From Acidobacteriota bacterium (GTDB lineage Bacteria > Acidobacteriota > UBA6911), in contig OY761556.1 in assembly GCA_963664705.1 (NCBI GenBank), forward strand, positions 4,192,001 to 4,256,000: a stretch of DNA of 64,000 bases, given 5' to 3'. This document shows positions 50,976 to 61,186 of this stretch, piece by piece (the first letter of the stretch is position 1; the number at the start of each line of letters is the position of its first letter). Position numbers and translations under genes: made by a program. The notes under the pieces were generated by a model that saw only the letters and a list, made by a program, of their open reading frames with translations, was not told where the DNA came from and did no database searches.

Positions 50976-51512
50976 ATGAGAATCAATGAGCACCCACTCA
51001 CGACACAATCCGGATTCACGCTTGTGGAGGCGCTGATTGCTCTGGCCATCCTGAGCGGCGGGCTTCTTGCCCTTGCCTCCGCGCTTGGGCAAGGCATGCT
51101 CCTTGTATCCGGATCGCATTATCATCAGATGGCGAAAGAAAAAGCCTCGGAGGCTATGGAAAGTGTGTTTACCGCCCGGGATGCGCGGAAAATCCCGAGT
51201 TGGGACAATATCCAAAATGTCGGTCAATCCGCGGACGGCATTTTCCTGGATGGCCCGCAGCCGATTTGCGCGCCAGGCGACGACGGCCTGGTAAATACAG
51301 ACGACGACGGCGATCTCGAAACACTCCCGGGGAAGGACGGTGTTTTCGGGACGACGGATGACGAGATCCTCACGGCAGACAGGTTTTCCAGGGAGATCGA
51401 GATACGGAATATCAGTTCGAATCTACGGCAGATTCGAGTCATCGTACGCTATCGGGCCGGCAACGCACAGCATCAGTATCAATTGACTTCCTACATTTCG
51501 CCTTTTGCTTGA
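50976..51512 (+). CDS. PilV-like minor pilin
   Basis: G|FTLVE, SD GAGG, acidic GxDGxxxTxDD repeats. Confidence 0.85.
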   Translation: MRINEHPLTTQSGFTLVEALIALAILSGGLLALASALGQGMLLVSGSHYHQMAKEKASEAMESVFTARDARKIPSWDNIQNVGQSADGIFLDGPQPICAPGDDGLVNTDDDGDLETLPGKDGVFGTTDDEILTADRFSREIEIRNISSNLRQIRVIVRYRAGNAQHQYQLTSYISPFA

Positions 51513-51556
51513 TCACGGCTGCGGTATCGCAGCCAAAGCCCGGCGATAGAGGCATT

Positions 51557-52567
51557 ATGCGAGAAGAACATGGAATAAGCTCGGTGGAACTGCTGATTGC
51601 CTCGGCAATCGCGCTCATAATTCTGGCCGGAACGCTGGGTTCGTTGAACGGAAGCCTGAAACTGAACGAACAGGCGGCTTTGGCAACGGACCTTGAACAG
51701 AATCTCCGCGCCGGCATGAATTTTCTTGTAAAGGACTTTGTGACGGCAGGCTGGGGCATCCCTACCGGCGGTATCCCCATCCCCTCCGGAACGGGCGCCC
51801 AGCCGGTTCATCGTCCAGGTCCTCCCGGATCGGATTATCACTTTGCCTCAGAAACATTGGCCGCAGTAAACCCGGGCGCAGGCCTGGGCGCGGCATGGAA
51901 TGGACAGCCCACCGATATTGTCAACATCCTGTGTGCCGACAGTCTCATCCCGCTGAACGAATGGCCACTCACCGCCATCAGCATTTCGGGAGGCGCGTCC
52001 CAGATCACCGTTGATTCCAAGACGCAGATATCGGGAATTGACGGTGCGATTCGAGAGGGGGATCTGATCGCGCTGAGCAATGCAAACGGCAGCACGCTGC
52101 AATATGTTACCTCCGTTGCAGGTCAGACCATTAATTTTGGAAGTGGGGACCCTCTCAACCTGAATCAGCCCAATGCGCCCCAGGGATCGATCTCCCTGCT
52201 CCAGAATGCGGGGGTGTTTCCGCCGACAACGGCCACCCGCGTATGGCTGATCACATACTACCTGGACTACACGTTTGATGCAGACAAACCTCGACTGATC
52301 CGCAGAATCAATGACGGAACAGGACATCCGATCGCACTTGTCCTGGAGGATCTGCAGCTGACCTATGACCTGGTGGATGGAGATACAAATCCAACAGATA
52401 TTGATTCCCCGGTAGCCCCCAATTCAAACAATCAGATTCGCAAGGCCAACATCCTTCTTTCCGGACGATCGGGTGAAAGAACTCGGGATTCGCATGAATT
52501 CATGCGCCGAAGTCTGAGAACCCAGGTCAGCCTTCGAAGTCTGTCTTTTATGGACCGTTATCGATAA
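51557..52567 (+). CDS. PilW-like minor pilin
   Basis: G|ISSVE, QNLRAGMNFLVKD..TAG, EDLQLTY. Confidence 0.82.
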   Translation: MREEHGISSVELLIASAIALIILAGTLGSLNGSLKLNEQAALATDLEQNLRAGMNFLVKDFVTAGWGIPTGGIPIPSGTGAQPVHRPGPPGSDYHFASETLAAVNPGAGLGAAWNGQPTDIVNILCADSLIPLNEWPLTAISISGGASQITVDSKTQISGIDGAIREGDLIALSNANGSTLQYVTSVAGQTINFGSGDPLNLNQPNAPQGSISLLQNAGVFPPTTATRVWLITYYLDYTFDADKPRLIRRINDGTGHPIALVLEDLQLTYDLVDGDTNPTDIDSPVAPNSNNQIRKANILLSGRSGERTRDSHEFMRRSLRTQVSLRSLSFMDRYR

Positions 52568-52581
52568 CCCGTGAGGGAAAT

Positions 52582-55026
52582 ATGAAGATACGAAACGAGT
52601 CGGGTGTTGCCCTCATCAGCGCGCTGCTGATCCTTATACTATTGGGTGTATTACTCGAGGGCTTCTTTCTTTCAGTAAACTCAGATCAGAATCTGATGGC
52701 CGTGGACCGGGATCAAAACCGCTCCTTTTACGCTGCACTTGCAGGCCTGGAGAAGCTCACCGCCAGTCTCGGTACCCTGTATAACCAAAATTACTCGCCT
52801 ACCGTCGCGCAGATCACGGCCCTGACTACCACTCCGCCGAGTTTGCCCTATACAAGCTATGTTTCGCCTGGAGGTGGATCCGGATATCAAATCCAGTATC
52901 CTACGACGAGCAGTGGAAAGCCGAAAGCGGACAACCGGACTGTCCCCACAGGCCCCTACGAGGGACTTGTCGGGATGATGACTCCATTCACAATGACCGT
53001 TACGGCACGAACCGTCTCCGGGGGAGAGGTCAGGATGCGGCGCACACTGCAGACGGTTGAAGTCCCGGTGTTTCAATTCGGCATATTCTCCGAAACCGAC
53101 CTGAGTTTCTTTGCCGGCCCGAATTTTGATTTCGGCGGACGCGTCCATACCAACGGCAACCTGTTTCTGGCGGAGGGCAATGGAAGTATCCTTACCATGA
53201 AAGACCGTGTCACGGCCGTTGGCGAAGTGATCCGAACAAATTTGAACAACGGATGGAACACCAACAGCAACTACACGGGGACTGTCAAAGTCATTACATC
53301 CCCCGGCGCGGATCGACCTCTCGCGCGCACGGAAGGCAGTTTGACCGGGACTCTCGGCTCATCCAAAAACACCGGATGGACCAATATCTCCATCGGTTCC
53401 TATAACGGAAATATCCGGAATGGAGATACGGGAGCACGGCGAATGGATCTTCCGCTGGTGAGCATGCAAGCCGAGCCGATAGATCTGATTCGACGCCCCG
53501 CCCAGAATTCCAATGAAAACACCACCAATGCCGAGGTATACAACCAACGCTATTATTCCCTGGCGAGCCTGAGGATTCTGTTATCCGATGAAGCCTCCGA
53601 TCTCAACTCTCTGCCGACCAGAACAACGGCGAATCCGGTACACCTTGTCAATCCCCTCGGGATTGGATCGCAATTCATCGGCGAATCCAAAAGAAACTCC
53701 GATACCGATTTCAGGAGTCCGAACGGCACCTCCCTTGTCGGCGGGTATATCAAGATTGAGTTGCAGGACAGCGACAAGGTCTGGCACGACGTGACCCAGG
53801 AAATATTGGCCTTTGGACTCTCCGGCCGGGATCTGACGGCAGTATCCGGCTGCTCCGGATTCAACCCCAACTCCATCATCAGGGTTCAGCGGTTGAAGGA
53901 CAGCCCTGCAACAAGCCCCTGCGGAGGTTCATCCAACCAGCAGTATCAGTATTGGCCCAACGCGCTTTATGACACGCGGGAAGGTGTGGCAAGAGACAAT
54001 ATTTCTACCAGCGATGGCCGCATCTATCTGGGCGGAGTCATTCATTACATCGAGCTCGATGTTAATAATCTCGCCCGCTGGTTCCGCGGGACCCTTGCTG
54101 GAAGCGGCACAAGTGCCATCAATGAAACCGGCTATGTGGTGTATTTCTCCGATCGACGGACAAACCGGAATGCTGCCAATCAGGAAACCGGAGAGTACGG
54201 CCACGAGGATTTCGTGAATCCGGGAGATGTCGCAAACGGGGCTCCCAGTGGATCCCTGGAAACAGGAGAAGATGTTAATCAGAACGAAAGTCTTGATACC
54301 TACGGGGAAACACCACAGGCTCCCGGAGGTATTTCCCCGCTGGATAGCAATGCCCGTCCCTGGACCTATAGCAGCGTAACAGCGGCTATGGCGAGAAAAA
54401 ACCGGCCTATATTCTTCCGGCGGGCTTTAAAACTTGTAAACGGGCAAACCTTCGACCTGGGCAGCGATTCGGACGGAATACCCTATGGGCTGACCATCGC
54501 CTCGGAAAATCCGGTATATGTGCACGGAAACTACAATGCCGCCGGCGCGTTTGACTCCAACCATCGAGCCTGTTCCGTGATTGCAGACGCCGTTACGCTT
54601 CTTTCCAATGCGTGGAACGATGCCAATTCCTTTTCCAGTCCCAACAACCCGGGAGGACGCGTCGCAAGCGATTCGTGGTACAGAATGGCCGTGATTGCGG
54701 GCAAGGGCGTCCCTTTTCCGAACATCAATATGGCCGATGTCGACAAGAGAGATTTCGGCACCGATGGGGGAGTCCACAACTTCCTGCGCTATCTCGAAAA
54801 CTGGGGAGGCAGGAGTCTGCGTTACAAGGGATCCATTGTCAGCCTGTTCTTCAACCGGCAGGCCACAGGGACGTATAAATGCTGCACAAATGTATATTCG
54901 CCCCCCGATCGCGGCTATAGCTTTGACGTGGAATTTCTGGAGCCCAGTCTGTTGCCGCCGCGCACGCCGATGTTTCACGACGTGAACATCACGGGATTCA
55001 CACAAATACGAATGCCGAACAAATAG
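52582..55026 (+). CDS. Large PilX-like protein (814 aa)
   Basis: G|VALIS with no Glu at +5 (typical of PilX), SFYAALAGLE, VHTNGNL, C-terminal PPRTP. Confidence 0.82.
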   Translation: MKIRNESGVALISALLILILLGVLLEGFFLSVNSDQNLMAVDRDQNRSFYAALAGLEKLTASLGTLYNQNYSPTVAQITALTTTPPSLPYTSYVSPGGGSGYQIQYPTTSSGKPKADNRTVPTGPYEGLVGMMTPFTMTVTARTVSGGEVRMRRTLQTVEVPVFQFGIFSETDLSFFAGPNFDFGGRVHTNGNLFLAEGNGSILTMKDRVTAVGEVIRTNLNNGWNTNSNYTGTVKVITSPGADRPLARTEGSLTGTLGSSKNTGWTNISIGSYNGNIRNGDTGARRMDLPLVSMQAEPIDLIRRPAQNSNENTTNAEVYNQRYYSLASLRILLSDEASDLNSLPTRTTANPVHLVNPLGIGSQFIGESKRNSDTDFRSPNGTSLVGGYIKIELQDSDKVWHDVTQEILAFGLSGRDLTAVSGCSGFNPNSIIRVQRLKDSPATSPCGGSSNQQYQYWPNALYDTREGVARDNISTSDGRIYLGGVIHYIELDVNNLARWFRGTLAGSGTSAINETGYVVYFSDRRTNRNAANQETGEYGHEDFVNPGDVANGAPSGSLETGEDVNQNESLDTYGETPQAPGGISPLDSNARPWTYSSVTAAMARKNRPIFFRRALKLVNGQTFDLGSDSDGIPYGLTIASENPVYVHGNYNAAGAFDSNHRACSVIADAVTLLSNAWNDANSFSSPNNPGGRVASDSWYRMAVIAGKGVPFPNINMADVDKRDFGTDGGVHNFLRYLENWGGRSLRYKGSIVSLFFNRQATGTYKCCTNVYSPPDRGYSFDVEFLEPSLLPPRTPMFHDVNITGFTQIRMPNK

Positions 55027-55035
55027 CGGGCGGAA

Positions 55036-55093
55036 TTTCCAATTCCAGATTCAGGATTTCAGATCAAAATCCTGAATCTGGAATCCCGAATCC
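55036..55093. repeat. Heptamer-periodic 18-bp inverted repeat between convergent pilX and pspA
   Basis: ATTCCAGATTCAGGATTT (55042-59) pairs with AAATCCTGAATCTGGAAT (55067-84). Confidence 0.8.
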
Positions 55094-55743
55094 TAGAGCC
55101 GCCGCCGCGCCTTCAATTCTGAGAGCATCTTGTTGATCTCATCCTCTTTTTCCATCGAGGCAAACTTGTCGTCAACGTCGTCTCCCATCAACTCAGTCTT
55201 CGCGCGGCTCATGGAATCGGTATGCAGGACTCCTTCTTCGAGATGATCCAGATTGGATTTGCCTTCTGATCCCGCCTGCGCTTCTCCCGCCTTGTTCATC
55301 GATCGCGCTCTGCGGTGCCGCGCAATCAGAAGATCGCGTTTGTTGTGGGCTTCAGCCAGCTTGTCCCCCAATCGCTTCAGGGAGCCTTTGAGGACTTCTG
55401 CCTGTGCCTTCTGGTCCGCTTCCTGTGTTTTGAGGCTTTCCGCCATTTTTTGATGAGCCACCGAGCGTTCCAGTGCCGCGCGCGCGAGGTCGTCCTTTTC
55501 CTTATCCACAGCCAGTTCTGCCTTCTGCAGCCATTCCGCGGCCTTTTGTTCAATTTCCTTGCGCTTCTTTTCGAGCACATGTTGATCGGCGAGAGCCACC
55601 GCGACCTGCGTCTTCACCTGGATTAGTTGATTTTCCATATCCATGATGACCTGTTTGATCATCTTCTCGGGCTCTTCCGCCTTATCGATCAAGTCGTTCA
55701 GGTTGGCCCGAATCAGGGTTGTAACTCTCTCCAGCAATCCCAT
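55093..55743 (-). CDS. pspA: PspA/IM30 family protein
   Basis: MGLLERVTTLIRANLNDLIDKAEEPEKMIKQ, DDLARAAL, coiled coil. Confidence 0.93.
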   Translation of the reverse strand: MGLLERVTTLIRANLNDLIDKAEEPEKMIKQVIMDMENQLIQVKTQVAVALADQHVLEKKRKEIEQKAAEWLQKAELAVDKEKDDLARAALERSVAHQKMAESLKTQEADQKAQAEVLKGSLKRLGDKLAEAHNKRDLLIARHRRARSMNKAGEAQAGSEGKSNLDHLEEGVLHTDSMSRAKTELMGDDVDDKFASMEKEDEINKMLSELKARRRL

Positions 55744-55767
55744 TGCAGTACTCCTTTCCTCCGGAGC

Positions 55768-55792
55768 ACGCTCCCGGCGATGCCGGGAGCGT
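55768..55792. other. Intercistronic 11-bp stem-loop
   Basis: ACGCTCCCGGC-GAT-GCCGGGAGCGT, no U tract. Confidence 0.65.
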
Positions 55793-55824
55793 ATCGACTC
55801 GCTCCAGAGTGTTCCCCATGGTTA

Positions 55825-57273
55825 TTACACGGCAGAGGTGGTCTTATCCCTATTTTCTGCCATGTCCTTATCTTTAGCCTTCGCTTTGCCTATTTCCTTT
55901 ACCTTGCCCAGCAAGTCGGAAATCTGCATTCCGGACAGCGTCTCGAACAGGGCGGGCACCTGGGCCGCAATTTGAGTAATGTCCCCGGTAATCTTATGCA
56001 TGCCGGCGGAATCTCCATTGCCGGTCGAGACGATAGTGATCTTGTCGACGTTAGCCAGGGGCGATGCCAATGCACGGACAACATCGGGCATCCCGCTGAG
56101 CAACTTGTCAACCACGGCAGCCTGGTTCCATTCCTGATAGGCCTCCGCTTTGACATTCATAGCCTTGGCTTCCGCTTCGCCTTTTTTGAAAATGACATCG
56201 GCTTCGGCCTCACCCTGGACGCGGATGGCGGCCGCGCGGCCTTCGGCTTCAACGATCAGCCTCTGCTTTTCCGCGTTCGCCAGAGCCTCAATCCTGCGCC
56301 GCTCTATTTCCGCCGGCTTGAGCACGGTAGCGATCAATTCGCGCTCCCGCCTCTCAATCTCCGCATCCTGCACGTTGATCTCGTTTTCCTTCCCGACCCG
56401 CTGGATCTTGACGGCTTCGACGACTACCTGCTGCTGCATAACGTTGGTTTGGATTTCATATGATTTATCGGCCGTTGCCTGCTGCCGCTTGGTGGTTTCC
56501 AGGTACTGCGCCCTTTTGATGGCCAGATCCCGTTCAGCTTCCGCCTGCTTTGCCTGGGAAAGCGTCTCGGCAAGGACGCGTTCCTGGTCCGCCTGAGCCT
56601 TTGCTACCGCCGAGGCACGCTGCGCTTCGGCACGCTTGATGGCCGTGTCCCGTTCAGCTTCCGCCGTTGCAACATCGGCATCTTTCTTGATTCTTGCGAC
56701 GTCAGGGCGACCCATGTTTGTGATGTACTCGTTCTGATCCTTCACTTCTTTGATCGTGAACGAGATGACCTCAAGGCCCATCTTGTTCATATCTTCAGCA
56801 CATGTGGACCGCATGCGGTCGGCAACCATTTCGGGTTGCTTGACAATTTCCTCAACCGTCAACTGCCCGATAATGCCGCGCAGATGCCCTTCCATCACCA
56901 GTCGAATCAGGGCTTCGCGCTCCTGTTCCGTCTTGGTCAAAAACTGCTCCGCCGCGGTCTGAATGGACTCCGGATCCGATTTCACCTTGATCTGGGAAAC
57001 CGCCTCCACAGTGACCGCCACACCCTGTTTGGTGTACAGATCCTGTTTTGGAGCCACATCGAATGACATCAATTCCAGCGAGAGCTCACGGCAGCTCTCC
57101 ACCATGGGAAAAATCACCGTCCCGTGCCCCTTAACGATCCTTGTTCCGCGGAACCCGTACACCACAAGCGCTTCATGCGGACCGGCCTTCCGATATAAAC
57201 CCGTAAAAAGCGCAAGAAGAATGAAGATGACCAGTACCATCAGACCAGCCATCACAAAAACTCCCGTCGGCAT
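55825..57273 (-). CDS. Flotillin family (SPFH) protein
   Basis: N-terminal TM, AAEQFL, EGHLRGI, ISFTIKEV, AEA-rich flotillin repeats, VDKITIV. Confidence 0.93.
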   Translation of the reverse strand: MPTGVFVMAGLMVLVIFILLALFTGLYRKAGPHEALVVYGFRGTRIVKGHGTVIFPMVESCRELSLELMSFDVAPKQDLYTKQGVAVTVEAVSQIKVKSDPESIQTAAEQFLTKTEQEREALIRLVMEGHLRGIIGQLTVEEIVKQPEMVADRMRSTCAEDMNKMGLEVISFTIKEVKDQNEYITNMGRPDVARIKKDADVATAEAERDTAIKRAEAQRASAVAKAQADQERVLAETLSQAKQAEAERDLAIKRAQYLETTKRQQATADKSYEIQTNVMQQQVVVEAVKIQRVGKENEINVQDAEIERRERELIATVLKPAEIERRRIEALANAEKQRLIVEAEGRAAAIRVQGEAEADVIFKKGEAEAKAMNVKAEAYQEWNQAAVVDKLLSGMPDVVRALASPLANVDKITIVSTGNGDSAGMHKITGDITQIAAQVPALFETLSGMQISDLLGKVKEIGKAKAKDKDMAENRDKTTSAV

Positions 57274-57313
57274 AGATCCTCCCTATAACGTTGAATTCAT
57301 GATCCGATCTGTA

Positions 57314-57988
57314 TTACTCCGATTTTGACAACTCATCCCATGGACGCACATAGGCGATCCCGTTCTGGTACCGCGTGACCAGCACCTCGGTCCCCTTTGC
57401 GATCGCCTTCCCATCCTCACTGCGGGCTCCGCAGGTACGCCGCGTCCCTTCCTGCGAATAGATGATTTCACCAGTCCCCTGTTCGCGAATTGAACTCGAA
57501 ACGCGACCCAGAACGCCCGTCATTCGATAATCCGCCGGATCCAGATTGCGCTCCCGCCCAACCAGGACTTTGGCCAGGAACCAGAAAACCACGGAAGCCC
57601 CCGCCAGGCCGGTCAGGATCGAAAGCAGCAGCGACCATACAAACCACAAGGGTGAATAGGCCGTCAGCAGATATCCCGCTCCTCCGAACCAGGCCAAAAA
57701 AGCAGCAATTGTTCCAAGATTCAAAGGAGAAACGCTGGCCGCACGCATGCGATCCGAACTGGCCGCATCATGCACATGATCCCCATGTGCCAGATCATGG
57801 CCGCCGTGATGAAAGACATCCCCATGATGGAGGCCTCCGCCGTGATGCAACGCACCATGATGCAAAAACCCGCCCGAATCCCCGTCATGAAACGGGAGAT
57901 TGATATGAAGATGCCCAATCAACAGCGACAGAAGACTCCAAAAGAAACCAACCAGAAAACAGAACAGATAAAAATTTTGCCATGTCAT
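57314..57988 (-). CDS. NfeD/YuaF-like membrane protein with His-rich loop
   Basis: AFLAWFGGAG TMs, C-terminal OB fold (GRVSSSI...GEI...ARS...GTEV), HHG repeats. Confidence 0.85.
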   Translation of the reverse strand: MTWQNFYLFCFLVGFFWSLLSLLIGHLHINLPFHDGDSGGFLHHGALHHGGGLHHGDVFHHGGHDLAHGDHVHDAASSDRMRAASVSPLNLGTIAAFLAWFGGAGYLLTAYSPLWFVWSLLLSILTGLAGASVVFWFLAKVLVGRERNLDPADYRMTGVLGRVSSSIREQGTGEIIYSQEGTRRTCGARSEDGKAIAKGTEVLVTRYQNGIAYVRPWDELSKSE

Positions 57989-58521
57989 CGATCACGCCTC
58001 CGCGATATGGAGGTCCCACCATTGGGAGCATGGGAGCTGTCACTCTTTCGCTCCGGCGCAGAACTCAGGACTTCGGACAGCCGCTCAAACAGTCCCGGCG
58101 TATCCAGTATGTCCGCCAGAAGCAAAAGACATTTGCGGCTGTCGGAATGCCGCGCCAGCGCGAGCAACGCTGTGTGTAGCGCGTTATCGCGACTGAAGCG
58201 CTCCGCCCCTTCTACGAGCCACAGATCCAGCCTGTCTTCTGCCGCCCGCAGATCCGAGAGCAACTCCGGGTGATACCCTTCAGGATCATCCACAAGGTAG
58301 CCTGGATGGACCTTGAAGAAACGGGCCAGAAGAAGTCTCGTGGTATTGGTGAGGTGTGGACGTCGACCGCTTTCAATCTGGGAAAGATAAGACTGACTGA
58401 TCGCCTTCCCCATCTCTTTCTTGATGGCATCCACGACTTCCAACTGCGTCATTTCACGCCCTAACCCGCGCAACGCTCCTTCCAGCTCACGCATGTACCG
58501 AATCTTTTCCCCTAGATTCAT
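57985..58521 (-). CDS. XRE family HTH regulator
   Basis: LGEKIRYMR...TQLEV...ISQSYLSQIESGRRP. ATGA overlap with the next gene. Confidence 0.88.
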   Translation of the reverse strand: MNLGEKIRYMRELEGALRGLGREMTQLEVVDAIKKEMGKAISQSYLSQIESGRRPHLTNTTRLLLARFFKVHPGYLVDDPEGYHPELLSDLRAAEDRLDLWLVEGAERFSRDNALHTALLALARHSDSRKCLLLLADILDTPGLFERLSEVLSSAPERKSDSSHAPNGGTSISRRRDR

Positions 58522-58531
58522 AATTCAGCCC

Positions 58532-58577
58532 TATCACAAAATGAAATAGTTATATTGCTATTTGTAATATCTGTCAA
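58532..58577 (-). promoter_or_regulatory. Promoter with two operator-like palindromes
   Basis: TTGACA (58577-72), N17, TATAAC (58554-49). Imperfect 17-bp palindromes TATCACAAAATGAAATA (58532-48) and TATTGCTATTTGTAATA (58553-69). Confidence 0.75.
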
Positions 58578-58881
58578 GCAAAAAAATATTCCCTTGTCCG
58601 GTACCTGCCTGCCGCATTGCGCAAACCGCGCTGATTACAAATAACTTGTGGGTATACCTTCAGATGTTGGATCGCGGCAGCGCCCCTGCGCATGACTATT
58701 TCTGCCCTATGCAGCCTGGGACGACACTTGCCGATCTGAGATAGGATACTATTGCGACCGCCTTTCACGTTTGTAACACGAATGAAACCGTGCGTAATAG
58801 TGTATCGAGCTGACCAGGCTTGGATATGAAACCCGCTTTTGTTGCAGTTTGAAGTTATCACGCTTTGCAAAAGGAAGGTCC

Positions 58882-61173
58882 ATGCACATTTTTGCCAGAG
58901 CAGTCTTTATCTGTTTTTCATCTCTCGTCTTCAACGCCTCGTTATTCCTGTTGCCGGTCTTTGCCGAGGAAGACAACAAGGTCCGGGTGCGCCCATTGTC
59001 CGGGAAGATTCAAATTGACGGCATTTTGAATGAGCCGGCCTGGCAGGAGAGCCCATCCATACCCAACCTCACCCAGGTGGAACCGCGTCCGGGCGAACCG
59101 CCATCGGAGCAGACAAAGGTTTGGGTCGCATATACAAAGGATGCGCTCTACGTTGCAGTCCGCTGCGCGGATCGGCTACCAAAGCAGGTGGTGGCAACCG
59201 AGATGAAGCGCGATGCCTTTTTAATGGACAACGATAATATTGAAATCATACTCGATACCTATCATGACCACCGCAACGCCTATTTCTTTTCAACCAACCC
59301 GGCGGGAGCGCTCCTGGATGGTCGTGTGACGGAGAATCAGGAAGCCGCATTGGAGTGGGATGGAATATGGAACGTTCGGACTTCCACGGACGACCAGGGA
59401 TGGAGCGCGGAATTCGAGATCCCCTTTAAGACAATCGGGTTCAATCCGAGGCTGACGGAATGGGGATTCAACCTCTCGCGCTTTCTTGCCCGCGGACGAG
59501 AGACTTCCCGCTGGGCTTCGCCTACGCTGGACACAAAGCTATTCCAGACATCCAAGGCGGGGCACATCACCGGCATCGAAAACCTGACGCAAGGCATCGG
59601 CATCGACATCAAGCCTTACGGAATCACAGGCTTTACCAGAGACATTGCCAGGAAGAACATGCTGTCTCCATCCGGCGCGATAACGGATGATTCGCTGAAC
59701 TCAAAGATCAGCGGCGGCGCGGACATTTTCTGGCGTCTGACCGCCAATTTTGTCTCCAGCACAACGATCAATACGGACTTTGCGGAGACCGAAACGGATA
59801 CCCGCCAGGTCAACTTGACGCGGTTTGCGCTTTTTTTCCCAGAGAAACGCTCCTTCTTCCTCGAAGATGCGGGCATTTTCGAATTTGCCAAGGTCCCGCG
59901 CGATGGGCCTCCCGGCTTCGACATGGGCGGGGATTTGATACCATTTTTTTCAAGGCGCATTGGGCTGGTCGGCGATCCCATGAACACCGGCGACTATTAC
60001 GAGGTTCCCTTGCGTGTGGGAGAAAAACTGACCGGCAAGATCGGGAGATTCGATATCGGGCTGCTGGATGTCCAAACCGGCCGATTCGAGGAACCCGACC
60101 GATCGGGCAAACCGGGATTCCAACTGGCCAGCAAGAACCTTGCCGTCGGGCGGATAAAGGCAAACTTCCTGAATCAATCCTACATCGGAGCCATGTTCAC
60201 CAATGGAGATCCCACAGGGGAGACAGCGAACCAGATGGGTGGCATCGATCTGAAGTTGGCGACCTCCAACTTTCTCGGCAAGGGGAAAAATGCCAGTTTG
60301 ATGCTCTTTGGAACCAAAACCAGGACAACCGGCGTCGACAAGCGTGATGCCGCGTATGGTGGCGTCGTCTCGTATCCGAACGATTTGGTCCAGCTTCAGT
60401 ATAAGTGGATGAATATCGGGCAGAACTATAATCCGGGCCTCGGCTTTGTACCACGCACGGGGGTCAGAATTTCATCCGTAAGCGGCGAATATGCCCCGCG
60501 GCCGGAATTCTGGAACATACGGCAGATGTCATTCGAGTTCTCCTACGATGACTATTACAGCACGACCTTTGGCGACTGGGAAACCAAACAACTGGTTGTG
60601 ACCCCTTTTCAGTGGCACATGAATAGCGGCGACATGATCGGCTATGAATTCACCCATTCCAAAGAACAGCTCTTTTACCCGTGGCAGATCAGCGAGCACG
60701 AAGGAATCACCATTCCGACCGGCAAGTACGATTTCAATCTGAACACCATCATGTTTGTAAGTTCGCAAGGCCGGCCATTCTCCATCATGAGCAGCTTTGG
60801 CACCGGATCCTTTTTCTCCGGACCCCGCAGGCGCTACGATGCCGAGATTACATGGAGAAAAAACAGCCACTTCACCACATCATTTCGTATTGAGCAGAAC
60901 TGGCTGGATTTGAAGGAAGGCAAATTCAACACGAGCCTGGTTTCATACCGTCTGGACTATGCCTTCACCCCTTTCATCTCGCTGGCAAATTTTGTTCAGT
61001 ATGATACGGAGTCAAGGAATGTGGGGCTGCAGAGCCGGCTTCGATGGATTTTAAAGCCGGGAAACGAGTTCTTTATTGTGCTCAACCACGGCTGGCAGGA
61101 AAATCAGCTGGATCGGTTTGAATCTGCCCAAACCCGTTTCCGCCTTAAATTCAACTACACTTTCCGGTTTTAG
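58882..61173 (+). CDS. CBM9-like + DUF5916 outer membrane protein
   Basis: IDGILNEPAW, WSAEFEIPF, NTDFAETE, FFPEKRSFFLE, FFSRRIG, C-terminal YTFRF. Confidence 0.9.
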   Translation: MHIFARAVFICFSSLVFNASLFLLPVFAEEDNKVRVRPLSGKIQIDGILNEPAWQESPSIPNLTQVEPRPGEPPSEQTKVWVAYTKDALYVAVRCADRLPKQVVATEMKRDAFLMDNDNIEIILDTYHDHRNAYFFSTNPAGALLDGRVTENQEAALEWDGIWNVRTSTDDQGWSAEFEIPFKTIGFNPRLTEWGFNLSRFLARGRETSRWASPTLDTKLFQTSKAGHITGIENLTQGIGIDIKPYGITGFTRDIARKNMLSPSGAITDDSLNSKISGGADIFWRLTANFVSSTTINTDFAETETDTRQVNLTRFALFFPEKRSFFLEDAGIFEFAKVPRDGPPGFDMGGDLIPFFSRRIGLVGDPMNTGDYYEVPLRVGEKLTGKIGRFDIGLLDVQTGRFEEPDRSGKPGFQLASKNLAVGRIKANFLNQSYIGAMFTNGDPTGETANQMGGIDLKLATSNFLGKGKNASLMLFGTKTRTTGVDKRDAAYGGVVSYPNDLVQLQYKWMNIGQNYNPGLGFVPRTGVRISSVSGEYAPRPEFWNIRQMSFEFSYDDYYSTTFGDWETKQLVVTPFQWHMNSGDMIGYEFTHSKEQLFYPWQISEHEGITIPTGKYDFNLNTIMFVSSQGRPFSIMSSFGTGSFFSGPRRRYDAEITWRKNSHFTTSFRIEQNWLDLKEGKFNTSLVSYRLDYAFTPFISLANFVQYDTESRNVGLQSRLRWILKPGNEFFIVLNHGWQENQLDRFESAQTRFRLKFNYTFRF

Positions 61174-61186
61174 TGAGCTTCGGCCT

